This document shows, piece after piece, positions 1 to 8,865 of a stretch of DNA of 64,000 nucleotides. The notes under the pieces are model-generated. The model worked only from the letters and a program-made list of their open reading frames with translations, was not told the DNA's origin and made no database searches. The position numbers were made by a program, and so were the translations under genes. The DNA comes from a virus. The stretch covers positions 64,001 to 128,000 of IMG/VR virus record IMGVR_UViG_3300045988_100686; one strand, given 5' to 3'. The stretch's first letter is position 1, and each line of letters starts with the position of its first letter.

Positions 1-769
1 TTTAATGGGTTGAGTTCCTCCGCCAATGCGGCAGTCTTTTGATTCTCCCAATAACCAGGTTTATACTTTCGTATATATGGCTTTATGGATTTCCTAAACT
101 TTTGAAGTTCTTTTCTGTACTTTTTATCTGCAAGGGTATCACCATTCATAGCTTTAATTCGCAGTGTATTTAAGTTACTAAATACTTTGGGAGTTACAGT
201 TTGATCATAGCGCTTCTGAAAATCAGCTTTATATGCATCCTGTATCGGATCTAGTTGTTTTTGCAAGGCATCATTATTATTAATTGCTGTATGATATTGT
301 TTATCATAAGCGTCAAACTTCCTAGTATCAGAAGAAGGAAATTTTTTACTTAACACGGCAGCGCCTAGCATTCCCATTCCACCAATAGCTGCCTTAACAC
401 CAATATCAGATACCTTTTTATTCGGAATATGCGCTGCCAATGCACCTGCAGCGGTTAAACCTAGACCACCAGCAGTAAGTCTAAAAGCCCAATCAGGTTT
501 GTTGACGTCTATATCCGGAAAATCTGGAGGCTTTTTATACCCAGGCATATCAGATACATATGCTGGTACACCGCTTTCTTCACCTGCATAAGCAAATTCG
601 TTACGTAGAACACGATTCATGAAATAAGGATCTTCATCTTCATACTGGATATCTTTACCAATTTCTGGATTAAAGTTTAGCTTGTGCTCTTCTAATACTT
701 TAGGATCCTTACTCCAAGAAGGTTCCAAGACTGGCAAATAAGTTGCAACCTTCATCATGTATAAGTCTT
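1..769 (-). CDS. Gly/Ala-rich virion protein paralog (3' end lies outside window)
   Basis: ATG at 769..767 with GGTGGG SD 6 nt upstream; frame open to window edge; GxxxG-rich segments (LTAGGLGLTAAGALAAH, AAIGGMGMLGAAVL) resemble ORFs at 5734-10428. Confidence 0.5.
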
Positions 770-828
770 TGTTTACCATTAATTACCCACCTTTATAAAA
801 GATTCCCTCCTCTGAGCCAGAACCCAGA

Positions 829-837
829 GGGGGGGGG
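829..837. repeat. G9 homopolymer (C9 on minus strand) in intergenic spacer between 849..2822 and the partial gene
   Basis: nine consecutive G directly visible; lies 12 nt downstream of the stop of 849..2822 and upstream of an AGGAGG/GGTGGG RBS region. Confidence 0.9.
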
Positions 838-848
838 ATATAGATCCG

Positions 849-2822
849 TTATACCTGGAGAACTACGTCTACAGCGTTAACAGGATATGGGATTTCAATC
901 TTAATGGTAGGCTTAATAGTATCAGCCTTAGTTTCAACGGATACTAGGGTGCCACCGAGAAGAATAGGTCCAATGTACTGATAAGATGTACCAGTCATGT
1001 CAGTAGTGCACGAATTGATAACGTTCTTAACAAGGGTCACAGAAATGTTATTTACGTTGTATTTACCAAGAACTGGTTTCAGATTATCTTTGTAGTACTT
1101 AGATGCATAGTCTACAACCGCTACACAGCTGCTCTCACATGTTTCAAGCTGAGTAGTATCAGTAGTTGTCTGATAGAGTACATATGGTAGTTCCTCTGGT
1201 TCATCTTGGAGTACCCAGAATACACCTTGTCCAGCCATTTCATCCAGCTGGTCTTTAGTAAACAATTTATTAGCACGTAGTACACGTTTAATACCACTCA
1301 AGCTAATAGTTGAGAAACCTTGATGTGGTGGGTAGCCTGCACGCATAGCGCCAAGTGTTACACACAGATAATAAGATGGAACCATTACGTCAACCGAGTT
1401 AACGTTCAGCATAATGGTATCAGGCATTACGTAGTGCAAACGTTTGTTGCTGTAAGACTTCGCAATAGCACCAATTGCGTCTGCTACACCTTGAGTGTCC
1501 AGTACACGAACGATCTCATAATTTACAGATGTAGCTGATGCAACAGTTAATTTTTCCTCGGTTTCTACGTATCCTTCAGATGTGCGTTGCCACTTCATTG
1601 TGCTGAAGGAAGCAACACTATCATTAAGAATTTCAGTAAGCTGGAGGGAATACTGATATTCGTTCTTGGTATCATAAACATCCATGAAATCAGTTACTCT
1701 AGCTCCAGAGGATACGAACATGCCGTTTGCAATATCCTTCAAATAGCAGGAATCAGCATTTAATCCAGCTACAAGGGATCCCTCATTAATCTCAATCATA
1801 ACTTTGGTGCTAGGCATCGGACCACTACCAAACATTGTGCGCCACATGCTCTTCTCAGGTTTACTCATTGTAGCACAATGGCTTGCGTATGCACTAATAA
1901 CATCTTTATCTTGTGTGAGAGGTACAATTACATATATTTTTTCGTTAGTTGAAAGAATGTCCAGTGCCTTAATATAACCGTTGTTATCATCAGACTCAAT
2001 AGGAAGAATACGGTAACTCATATCACTCACAGCGGCAGATACAAGTCTAGCAGCTACTGACATTGGGTTATTGATATTCAAGCTACCAATTTTTGCTGTT
2101 GCTACACTCTGGCTAGTGATGGTCATAAAATCATTAGCAATATCTGTACGGAGTGCACGGTAACTTACCTTTGTGGTAGCAGACACAACTGTAGCAGCAG
2201 TTTCAAGTACTTCAGTAGCTACCTGTGCTCCTGCTAAAATAGTGAATCCAGCTTTATCAGCCTTTACAAACTGCGACTCTAGAATGTGGGTTTCGTTTGT
2301 AGGGCGCTTAATTACGGCTGTAACTGTAGCCCCACTATCAGGGTTTGGTAGGTTGCGTTTCAAAGTGATGGTTTTACCATCTTCACTTACTGTTTGAATT
2401 GAGGACGAATAAGTCAATTCTTCAGCTGCTGTCTTATATGTAATGTCAATAAAATCGCCTGCTTTTACAACTGCGTCAGAAAACTCCAGGCTGGGGGTTC
2501 CATTTACAACAGTTACAGGAGAAGAATTACTAACAACTACTGCACTGTTTAGTACAGTTGATGTTTTTGGCCAAACTTTTACATAAACGTCAGACAGAGA
2601 TATAGAAACAGAAGCAGGGTCAATAATAGAACCCAGCATCTGATTTACATACTTGCTAGTATAGTTCTCAGTGGATAGAGTATAATCGTTTACTTTAACG
2701 TTCTCTTCTACTTGGTACACTGGGCCTACAATGCATAGGTCAAAAAAAGGAGTGGTAATAGAAGGATTGGTGGTAAGTAGTTCTTGATATACTCTAACCG
2801 ACGGAGTACGGAAAGTTGACAT
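849..2822 (-). CDS. large virion structural protein (possibly tail sheath)
   Basis: 657-aa ORF in structural operon; N-terminal TPSVRVYQE...GPVYQV loosely resembles sheath N-termini; C-terminal beta-rich; assignment tentative. Confidence 0.4.
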   Translation of the reverse strand: MSTFRTPSVRVYQELLTTNPSITTPFFDLCIVGPVYQVEENVKVNDYTLSTENYTSKYVNQMLGSIIDPASVSISLSDVYVKVWPKTSTVLNSAVVVSNSSPVTVVNGTPSLEFSDAVVKAGDFIDITYKTAAEELTYSSSIQTVSEDGKTITLKRNLPNPDSGATVTAVIKRPTNETHILESQFVKADKAGFTILAGAQVATEVLETAATVVSATTKVSYRALRTDIANDFMTITSQSVATAKIGSLNINNPMSVAARLVSAAVSDMSYRILPIESDDNNGYIKALDILSTNEKIYVIVPLTQDKDVISAYASHCATMSKPEKSMWRTMFGSGPMPSTKVMIEINEGSLVAGLNADSCYLKDIANGMFVSSGARVTDFMDVYDTKNEYQYSLQLTEILNDSVASFSTMKWQRTSEGYVETEEKLTVASATSVNYEIVRVLDTQGVADAIGAIAKSYSNKRLHYVMPDTIMLNVNSVDVMVPSYYLCVTLGAMRAGYPPHQGFSTISLSGIKRVLRANKLFTKDQLDEMAGQGVFWVLQDEPEELPYVLYQTTTDTTQLETCESSCVAVVDYASKYYKDNLKPVLGKYNVNNISVTLVKNVINSCTTDMTGTSYQYIGPILLGGTLVSVETKADTIKPTIKIEIPYPVNAVDVVLQV

Positions 2823-2892
2823 TAAGTTTTCACCGCCTTTTAAGAATGAAAGATGTTTGAGAAGTTCTTTCGTATGATAATATTATACCTAA

Positions 2893-3741
2893 TTATGTCT
2901 CTGGCTCTCCTGGCTGGTATCCCTTAGTAGAATCTTTTGTCACTTTAAAACGCAGGTTTACCACATTGTCATCAATGCCGTCTGCAGTGTAATCACTAGA
3001 TACTCCACCAGTGCCACCCCAGTTACCATTTTGTCCACCAGAATTAGTGCCGCCAACATTGCCAATATTAATATCGTTACCTTTTTCATCTTTGTCTCCT
3101 GGTTTTGGTGTAGTTCTGCCGTTTACAGGGGTAAGTACAGTTTCAATGCTCTTCAGTAGTTCTCCCGAGTCTACTGGTTGCCACATTCTAGCTAATGTGT
3201 AAGAGTATGAGAAATTTACCATAGCCGTAAATTGAGAGTTCCAGCCAGTCTGTCCTGTTTTAGCAGCAGGGCTAATTTGGGCGTCACTGATATTTTGGAT
3301 TTGCAGGATATTGGCAATCAGTGGTCTACAGAGTTCAATAGCAATGGCTACCTCGTATGCCAACTCATCAGCATCATCCTTGTTGGGGGAATGTACATGA
3401 ATGCTAGTTGAACTATTTATATTGAACTGCTGTTTCATATCCCATATGTACTCTTTTTCTATAAGTTTGCCATTGACATACCCTAGTTGGTTAAATACTC
3501 GGTCGGTGCCTCCATTGAATCCCGCAGGAGAAACCATTGTTGCCCCGTTTTCAACCACTATCAGCGGCATCCCCTTTTGCAAATTATCATCCTCTGCATA
3601 CTCAGGAGCGATATCAATCTGGGTAAGGCTCGCATCTGGGTCCCAGACGTATTCAACATGATTCCTAAAATAATTTTGGAGAAAACATAGAAAAAGAGTA
3701 TTTATAATTCTAGGAGATAGTCTAGAAAACGATTTCCCCAT
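2893..3741 (-). CDS. virion structural protein, Gly/Asn-rich C-terminus
   Basis: 282-aa ORF, co-oriented, C-terminal GNVGGTNSGGQNGNWGGTGG low-complexity tail. Confidence 0.5.
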   Translation of the reverse strand: MGKSFSRLSPRIINTLFLCFLQNYFRNHVEYVWDPDASLTQIDIAPEYAEDDNLQKGMPLIVVENGATMVSPAGFNGGTDRVFNQLGYVNGKLIEKEYIWDMKQQFNINSSTSIHVHSPNKDDADELAYEVAIAIELCRPLIANILQIQNISDAQISPAAKTGQTGWNSQFTAMVNFSYSYTLARMWQPVDSGELLKSIETVLTPVNGRTTPKPGDKDEKGNDINIGNVGGTNSGGQNGNWGGTGGVSSDYTADGIDDNVVNLRFKVTKDSTKGYQPGEPET

Positions 3742-4582
3742 GTCTAGAGTCCTCCTTTTTTGGATTGAACGGTATTCTATCTAGTAGTTTATAAATGCTT
3801 AAATCATCTTCCTGTGACTGTAGTACTAAGTCTTGTTTTGTTACTACACGTTTATGCGTAGATAGACCTATTTGAGCTACATGCCAAATTTCACGAGTAT
3901 TAGCATCCACAAGGACATCCCCTAGACTTATCCTGGGAAACCCGGTTGTCCACCCCTGTATATTTCCTGGTACCTCGGTATCATCTAATGATTGGTTAAC
4001 AGTAGTATGTTCTCCAGATAGCGATACGTAGATTCCTATTGGATCATAATATCCATTTAGGTAACCTGTCCCTAGGCATACTGGGCAGTTAGACATTGAC
4101 CTAGTACCGCGTAAAGTATCATAACACTTGGGGCATCTTTCCTTGAGTCTTCGACGTATAAATAGATACATTAAGTTCCCAGCATGTCCCTCTCTCAGCA
4201 TGATAGCGTGGCGTCTGGAAATCTCCATTCCATATAAGTTTGGTTCATGTTCGTTAGATACTACTCTGCTACACTTGTCTACTGCTGGAAAGCGGAGTCT
4301 ATAATACACCATGGGACTACGATAATATGTAGCCATGCTGTGGTCATCTAGGAAATAAGGTGGAGAGAATAAATGTAGTGTTGCTACCGGGATAAATTCA
4401 GAAAGAGGGGAATCAGATACCTCCAAGTATGCTTCTTCTTCTCCGTTTCCAAAGTATTCTGCAGGAATTTCTGACCAAACTATAATAAGCTTTCTAGCGG
4501 ATTCTTTATAAACTACTATCTTAATACTAGGGTCAGTAAGCTGTTTATTTTCACCAAAGATAGTATTATCTAGGCTACTCAT
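3722..4582 (-). CDS. structural protein with C4 zinc ribbon
   Basis: 286 aa; CPKC-x15-CPVC zinc-ribbon motif; start/stop overlap with flanking genes. Confidence 0.55.
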   Translation of the reverse strand: MSSLDNTIFGENKQLTDPSIKIVVYKESARKLIIVWSEIPAEYFGNGEEEAYLEVSDSPLSEFIPVATLHLFSPPYFLDDHSMATYYRSPMVYYRLRFPAVDKCSRVVSNEHEPNLYGMEISRRHAIMLREGHAGNLMYLFIRRRLKERCPKCYDTLRGTRSMSNCPVCLGTGYLNGYYDPIGIYVSLSGEHTTVNQSLDDTEVPGNIQGWTTGFPRISLGDVLVDANTREIWHVAQIGLSTHKRVVTKQDLVLQSQEDDLSIYKLLDRIPFNPKKEDSRHGEIVF

Positions 4583-5322
4583 TATGTATCATCCTCTCGT
4601 TTGTTCAGCCATAGTGGCAACGCTGGACCATCGAAGCACGCTAAGGCCATGTATCTTTCTGTATAGTAGCTCTGTATATCCTCAATCGTAGCTTCTGTGC
4701 CTCTATACCTTGCATTTATTGTGTAACTACCCTTTAGATACGTATACGCTAAGCCTGCTACAGGAGCCCAAGCATCTACAAGTAATTGCTTGTGAATAAA
4801 ACCTTCTTGACCATACAATGGATCACCATAAGGACCATGTCCATAAGGTCTGCCAGCCGGAGCGTTATCATCGTGTGGGGTCTCAGTATAGTTTAATTTA
4901 TGTTTTGGTGTTGTATATCCCTGGCTGACATAATCAGGAATAGGTTTGGGAAGAGTAGAATATTCAATAGTATAGTCTACAATTCCTGACCCTGGATCGG
5001 TGTTCTTAGGGATAATAGTGTGGAGAATAAACCACGTTATCTCCCCAGGTGCTAGATTTCCAAGTTCTCCCAAAATAGACTGATATCTATTCGTTGGCGT
5101 AGATATTTTAAAGTAATCAGAGATATCACCGACTTCTTTAATCTGTATATTCTGTGCAGGAGTGTCACCCTCATTCCGGATATATATAGTTTGATTGACT
5201 ATCTCTCCGGTATCACCATTCAATCCAGATTTTGGCCCCATGTCTAGTGTGTATGAGATAACATCAAAGAATACCGGTAGGGTGCATTGTTCATCATAGT
5301 AACACTTTATCAGTGCACTCAT
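4582..5322 (-). CDS. hypothetical protein, paralog of 5319..5732 (beta-sandwich-like)
   Basis: 246 aa; shares FxDxxCT..(L/F)..(K)xGxNGxTGE(I/V) N-terminal module with the next ORF. Confidence 0.55.
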   Translation of the reverse strand: MSALIKCYYDEQCTLPVFFDVISYTLDMGPKSGLNGDTGEIVNQTIYIRNEGDTPAQNIQIKEVGDISDYFKISTPTNRYQSILGELGNLAPGEITWFILHTIIPKNTDPGSGIVDYTIEYSTLPKPIPDYVSQGYTTPKHKLNYTETPHDDNAPAGRPYGHGPYGDPLYGQEGFIHKQLLVDAWAPVAGLAYTYLKGSYTINARYRGTEATIEDIQSYYTERYMALACFDGPALPLWLNKREDDT

Positions 5323-5732
5323 ACTGCCACCTCCCTGGTATCTGTATACGGGTTATGAAAAGTCTCATCAATTTCTGGAAGAGTGTAATAGTCGAATACT
5401 AGCTGGAAATTGCAGTCAGTCGCAGGTGTCCAGCGAGGCACGTATACTATCATTTTTACTTCTCTAACTTCTAGCTCTTTCAGGTCACCAATAAATGGTT
5501 CCTCAATGGTTAGGTAATCTTGCCCGTGTTTTACATCCTGCAAGAATATTTTAGTGTGCAGTGCTGCACGTGTCCCTACGTTTTTTACGTAGACAGATGA
5601 TCTCCATACCTCTCCAGTATTACCATTGATACCTTTTTTAGTACCTAGAAACAATAGAGGATTATTGTTTGCTGATAAAGGTAGTTCTTGCGTACACTCT
5701 TTATCTACAAATATTTTAAGTTGTGCTGCCAT
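5319..5732 (-). CDS. hypothetical protein, paralog of 4582..5322
   Basis: 137 aa; KKGINGNTGEVWRSSVYVKNVG aligns with KSGLNGDTGEIVNQTIYIRNEG of the neighbour. Confidence 0.55.
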   Translation of the reverse strand: MAAQLKIFVDKECTQELPLSANNNPLLFLGTKKGINGNTGEVWRSSVYVKNVGTRAALHTKIFLQDVKHGQDYLTIEEPFIGDLKELEVREVKMIVYVPRWTPATDCNFQLVFDYYTLPEIDETFHNPYTDTREVAV

Positions 5733-5733
5733 T

Positions 5734-6393
5734 TTAATGAAAACCTGGATTTGGAATCTTGTGTTGAGATTTAGCGTTAGCTCTATCTAGTTTTTCAGTA
5801 GCATCATTTTTTGCAATTACTGCACCCATAATAGGAGTCGCAAGACTGCCAGCAGCACTCAAAGCTCCTGCAATCTTTTCAGGGTTTTCCTCTGCATATA
5901 CGTTTGCTGCCACTAATTTCATAGCCACTTTGTCCATCCCTGGTTGCACTGCGTTGTACAATCCAATAGTTATAGCTTCTCTGTTTTCATCAGGCAACTC
6001 ATTGTATAGCAGATATGCATTATAAGCATACTTTGTAGGAACAGTATATGCTTCAGAACCCATTGTGGCTGCTGCTATTTTTACAAATTCTTGTAGTCCA
6101 GTGTTGTCAAAGTATTCATTATTTGCCATTTTTTTAATTTTTCCCTTTTCTTCAATTAAGTCACGCTCGTGCTGCTTAGCCCTATTATAAAATCTACGGT
6201 TTACAAGCAGCCCTAAACCTGCAAGCCCACTTCCAATTACACCTGCGCGGGTAATACGTTGCAGTCTATTCAACGGGAGCTTTGAAAAATGCTTATCAAT
6301 TTTATATTGGGCAATTCCTGCACCTATTCCCGTACCAGCAGCAATAAGCTGGTTTATTTTGTTCTGTTTTTCAACTCGTGTCTCCGCTGCCAT
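5734..6393 (-). CDS. Gly/Ala-rich (glycine-zipper) virion protein
   Basis: 219 aa; AGTGIGAGIA and GVIGSGLAGLGLL segments. Confidence 0.55.
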   Translation of the reverse strand: MAAETRVEKQNKINQLIAAGTGIGAGIAQYKIDKHFSKLPLNRLQRITRAGVIGSGLAGLGLLVNRRFYNRAKQHERDLIEEKGKIKKMANNEYFDNTGLQEFVKIAAATMGSEAYTVPTKYAYNAYLLYNELPDENREAITIGLYNAVQPGMDKVAMKLVAANVYAEENPEKIAGALSAAGSLATPIMGAVIAKNDATEKLDRANAKSQHKIPNPGFH

Positions 6394-6407
6394 AGTATCA
6401 CCTCATA

Positions 6408-6890
6408 CTAGCATAAGTGTCCATAGCACTCATTGATATTCAGAGTTCTTTTAATTGCCGTAGTCTCTTGAGACACCTTTGCTTCTAGTTCTTGTCTTAG
6501 AGCGGAAAATTGCTGGCTCTTATAATATATAGTAGACTGGATTCCGCCATCAGAATATTGCATTTCGCCACGTAATTCAATCAATGCAGTGAGTTTCAAT
6601 GCCTCTACCATTGCGGAGTCTAACAGAAGTTTACGTCTTGGAAAATCTTCCATGGTATATTGGCGATATATGTGTGGAGGAGTATCATTGAACAATGTTA
6701 CTGCCCAGTCAATACATTTCCAAAGCTGTTCATCTGTTAGGTGCTCCTGATATAGTGGTATATTCTTAGTGGCAAAGTCCATCAATGCTAGACGTAGATC
6801 TGAAGGTGTTACAACAGATTTTTGTTCCAGAGTCTTGCTAATTGCTAAAACCTTAGGATCTATGTCTTCGGTTTTTAAGGTATCACTCAT
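6408..6890 (-). CDS. acidic helical hypothetical protein
   Basis: 160-aa ORF, co-oriented. Confidence 0.5.
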   Translation of the reverse strand: MSDTLKTEDIDPKVLAISKTLEQKSVVTPSDLRLALMDFATKNIPLYQEHLTDEQLWKCIDWAVTLFNDTPPHIYRQYTMEDFPRRKLLLDSAMVEALKLTALIELRGEMQYSDGGIQSTIYYKSQQFSALRQELEAKVSQETTAIKRTLNINECYGHLC

Positions 6891-6904
6891 TTAACCTCCT
6901 AAAT

Positions 6905-6945
6905 AAGAAAAAGACCGCCGCCGAAATAGCGACGGCCTTAATGGC
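6905..6945 (-). terminator. putative rho-independent terminator downstream of 6980..7291
   Basis: minus-strand RNA GGCCGUCGCUAUUUCGGCGGCGGUC stem (with G-U pairs) followed by UUUUUCUU. Confidence 0.4.
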
Positions 6946-6979
6946 CTAAGCCGTATAATGAGGAGCTACTTATCAGGGG

Positions 6980-7291
6980 TTAGCGGATAGTAGCTACAAA
7001 TGTTTCAAGTGCTGATGCTGTTTTCTCTGGACGTGTAGCATATTGTTTATACGCATCATATAAACCACGTACACCGTAGCCGGTACCTGCAAGACCTGCA
7101 AGGGATCCAAGGCCGCCTGCTGCAAGTGCAAGGTTAGTATGACCTTTTAACCCTAGTGGTATTGCAGCGCTATTGAGTGCACCTGAGGCTAGACCCATGC
7201 CGAAACCCATTCCGATGTCTCTTGAGAGTCTATTGGAGTAGAATTGATTATCTTTATCTGCTGCACATTTATATAGATAATATGGATTCAT
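6980..7291 (-). CDS. small glycine-zipper protein with C-terminal ASALETFVATIR motif
   Basis: 103 aa; GMGFGMGLASGALNSAAIPLGLKG...LAAGGLGSLAGLAGTGYG; C-terminus nearly identical to that of 7319..8836. Confidence 0.55.
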   Translation of the reverse strand: MNPYYLYKCAADKDNQFYSNRLSRDIGMGFGMGLASGALNSAAIPLGLKGHTNLALAAGGLGSLAGLAGTGYGVRGLYDAYKQYATRPEKTASALETFVATIR

Positions 7292-7318
7292 TGCATTAAT
7301 CTCCTTATTCTAATACAG

Positions 7319-8836
7319 TTACTGACGAGAAGTAGCTACAAAGTTCTCTAAAGCTGATGCAGCAGGACCACCAACAGCGCCACCAATAGCAGCTCCAATG
7401 CCTGCGCCTACGCGGGGAGCATTAAATCTACCACCAATCATTGCACCTGCAGTTGCACCTGCAGCGGAGCCTAGAGCGGATCCTGCAATAGGAACGAATT
7501 CATTAGCCTGCTTTTCCATATAGTCGCAGTAATCTAGATAATCTGCAGCGTCTGTATAGAGTTCCTCTGCATATGCCATTTTTTCAAGGCAGTCATCATA
7601 GAGAGCTTCTGCAGAGTCCATTGCATATGCTGCTTCTTCTGGGTAAATACCAGTGTAATCTACAGAAGCTAGTTTATCCATGTAGTCTTCATACGGATCA
7701 TAGTCATAAATGCTAGCTTGTTTTTCTTTATATTTCTTGTAGCCGTAAGCTGCGCCCCCAAGAGCTGCAGTAGCTCCTGCACCATAAGCCAGTTGTTTAT
7801 TGGACACCGGAATCGTGTTGCGAGTCATCTGCAGTGCGGTCTTAACATCTTTCCAGCTTCTATTTTTAATGCCTTGTCCAATAAGACTTAATCCTGCTTT
7901 AAAGTCACCAATTCCTGCAGTTTTAGCGAATGGGTCAATACCATTTTGATACATATTAACTGCTTCATCCATAGTTAGGCCTCTGGATGCTAATTCAGCT
8001 TTGGCGTTTCTGTAGCGATTATGTACGTATGCGGCTGCACCACCAAGAGCTGCTGCACCTGCCACACCAGCGCCGACACGACCAGGATGATTCTTTGTGT
8101 ATCCCCAAGCAGCCTTGCCTTTACCCTTCACATAATTGTAACCCTTGCCGACGGTGTCTTTTACGGACTGCCAACGGCTTTTGTCTTCTGCAGCTTGCTT
8201 AGCCATTTCACACGCAGCTATCTGCTTAGCCTTTGCGAGTTGCATCTGCTCAGATGGGCTAGCATATACACTTGCACCCTGAGAGGTAGGACTTAGAGTT
8301 GCATTATTGGTCATTCCCAGTACTCCCTCAGAGCCAGCTTCTGGTGCTGGTTGTGCTTCCAGAGGGATACTCATATCTGCAGCGTATTTTGCGAGTTCAC
8401 AAACATTATATAAATCATTATTCATTGATACTTCATTCTCCTCTATTCTTGCAGTCTTTTCAGCATTTTGTCCAGCTTTATGCCTTTTATATGCAATAGC
8501 GCCTGCGGAACCAATAGCACCTGCGGAACCTGCTGTTAGTGCAATTTTTTTACGTATGCTAGATGTTCTAGCTTTTTCAACCTGAAGTTTATGTTTTGCA
8601 GCTTGTAATAATGGAGAAAGCTCTTTGAGTTTATTAGCAGCGGATTGTCTTAATCCAGTGCCAATAGTAGGTGTAGTAGCAAAAGCCTTAGTAATATCTA
8701 CATCCTGCTGTATTCTTGCAACTTGTTTCTGAGCTGCCCTTACATTCTTACCACGGGCAACTCTTATAAGTTTAGTAACAGAATCTCGAAACCCAGCTTC
8801 CTTTTGCATATCATTTAATGTATTTGATAATTCCAT
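7319..8836 (-). CDS. Gly/Ala-rich virion protein with C-terminal ASALENFVATSRQ motif
   Basis: 505 aa; repeated GSAGAIGSAGAIA / GAGVAGAAALGGAAAY / GGAVGGPAASALENFVATSRQ. Confidence 0.55.
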   Translation of the reverse strand: MELSNTLNDMQKEAGFRDSVTKLIRVARGKNVRAAQKQVARIQQDVDITKAFATTPTIGTGLRQSAANKLKELSPLLQAAKHKLQVEKARTSSIRKKIALTAGSAGAIGSAGAIAYKRHKAGQNAEKTARIEENEVSMNNDLYNVCELAKYAADMSIPLEAQPAPEAGSEGVLGMTNNATLSPTSQGASVYASPSEQMQLAKAKQIAACEMAKQAAEDKSRWQSVKDTVGKGYNYVKGKGKAAWGYTKNHPGRVGAGVAGAAALGGAAAYVHNRYRNAKAELASRGLTMDEAVNMYQNGIDPFAKTAGIGDFKAGLSLIGQGIKNRSWKDVKTALQMTRNTIPVSNKQLAYGAGATAALGGAAYGYKKYKEKQASIYDYDPYEDYMDKLASVDYTGIYPEEAAYAMDSAEALYDDCLEKMAYAEELYTDAADYLDYCDYMEKQANEFVPIAGSALGSAAGATAGAMIGGRFNAPRVGAGIGAAIGGAVGGPAASALENFVATSRQ

Positions 8837-8865
8837 GTCATCTTGTTTATCTACGATAGTATTAA

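Noticed and set aside
1320-2397. Plus-strand ORFs 1320..1538 and 2173..2397 inside the 657-aa minus-strand gene
   Set aside because: Fully nested antisense to a long well-supported ORF, with no RBS and Cys/His-rich random composition; treated as shadow ORFs. The same reasoning was applied to 3011..3690, 7987..8585, 8876..9352, 10321..10725, 10950..11600 and similar.
849-2822. Calling the 657-aa protein the major capsid protein
   Set aside because: The only recognisable similarity is a weak sheath-like N-terminus; the 312-aa gene has the strong codon bias expected of a capsid protein. Both assignments remain tentative.
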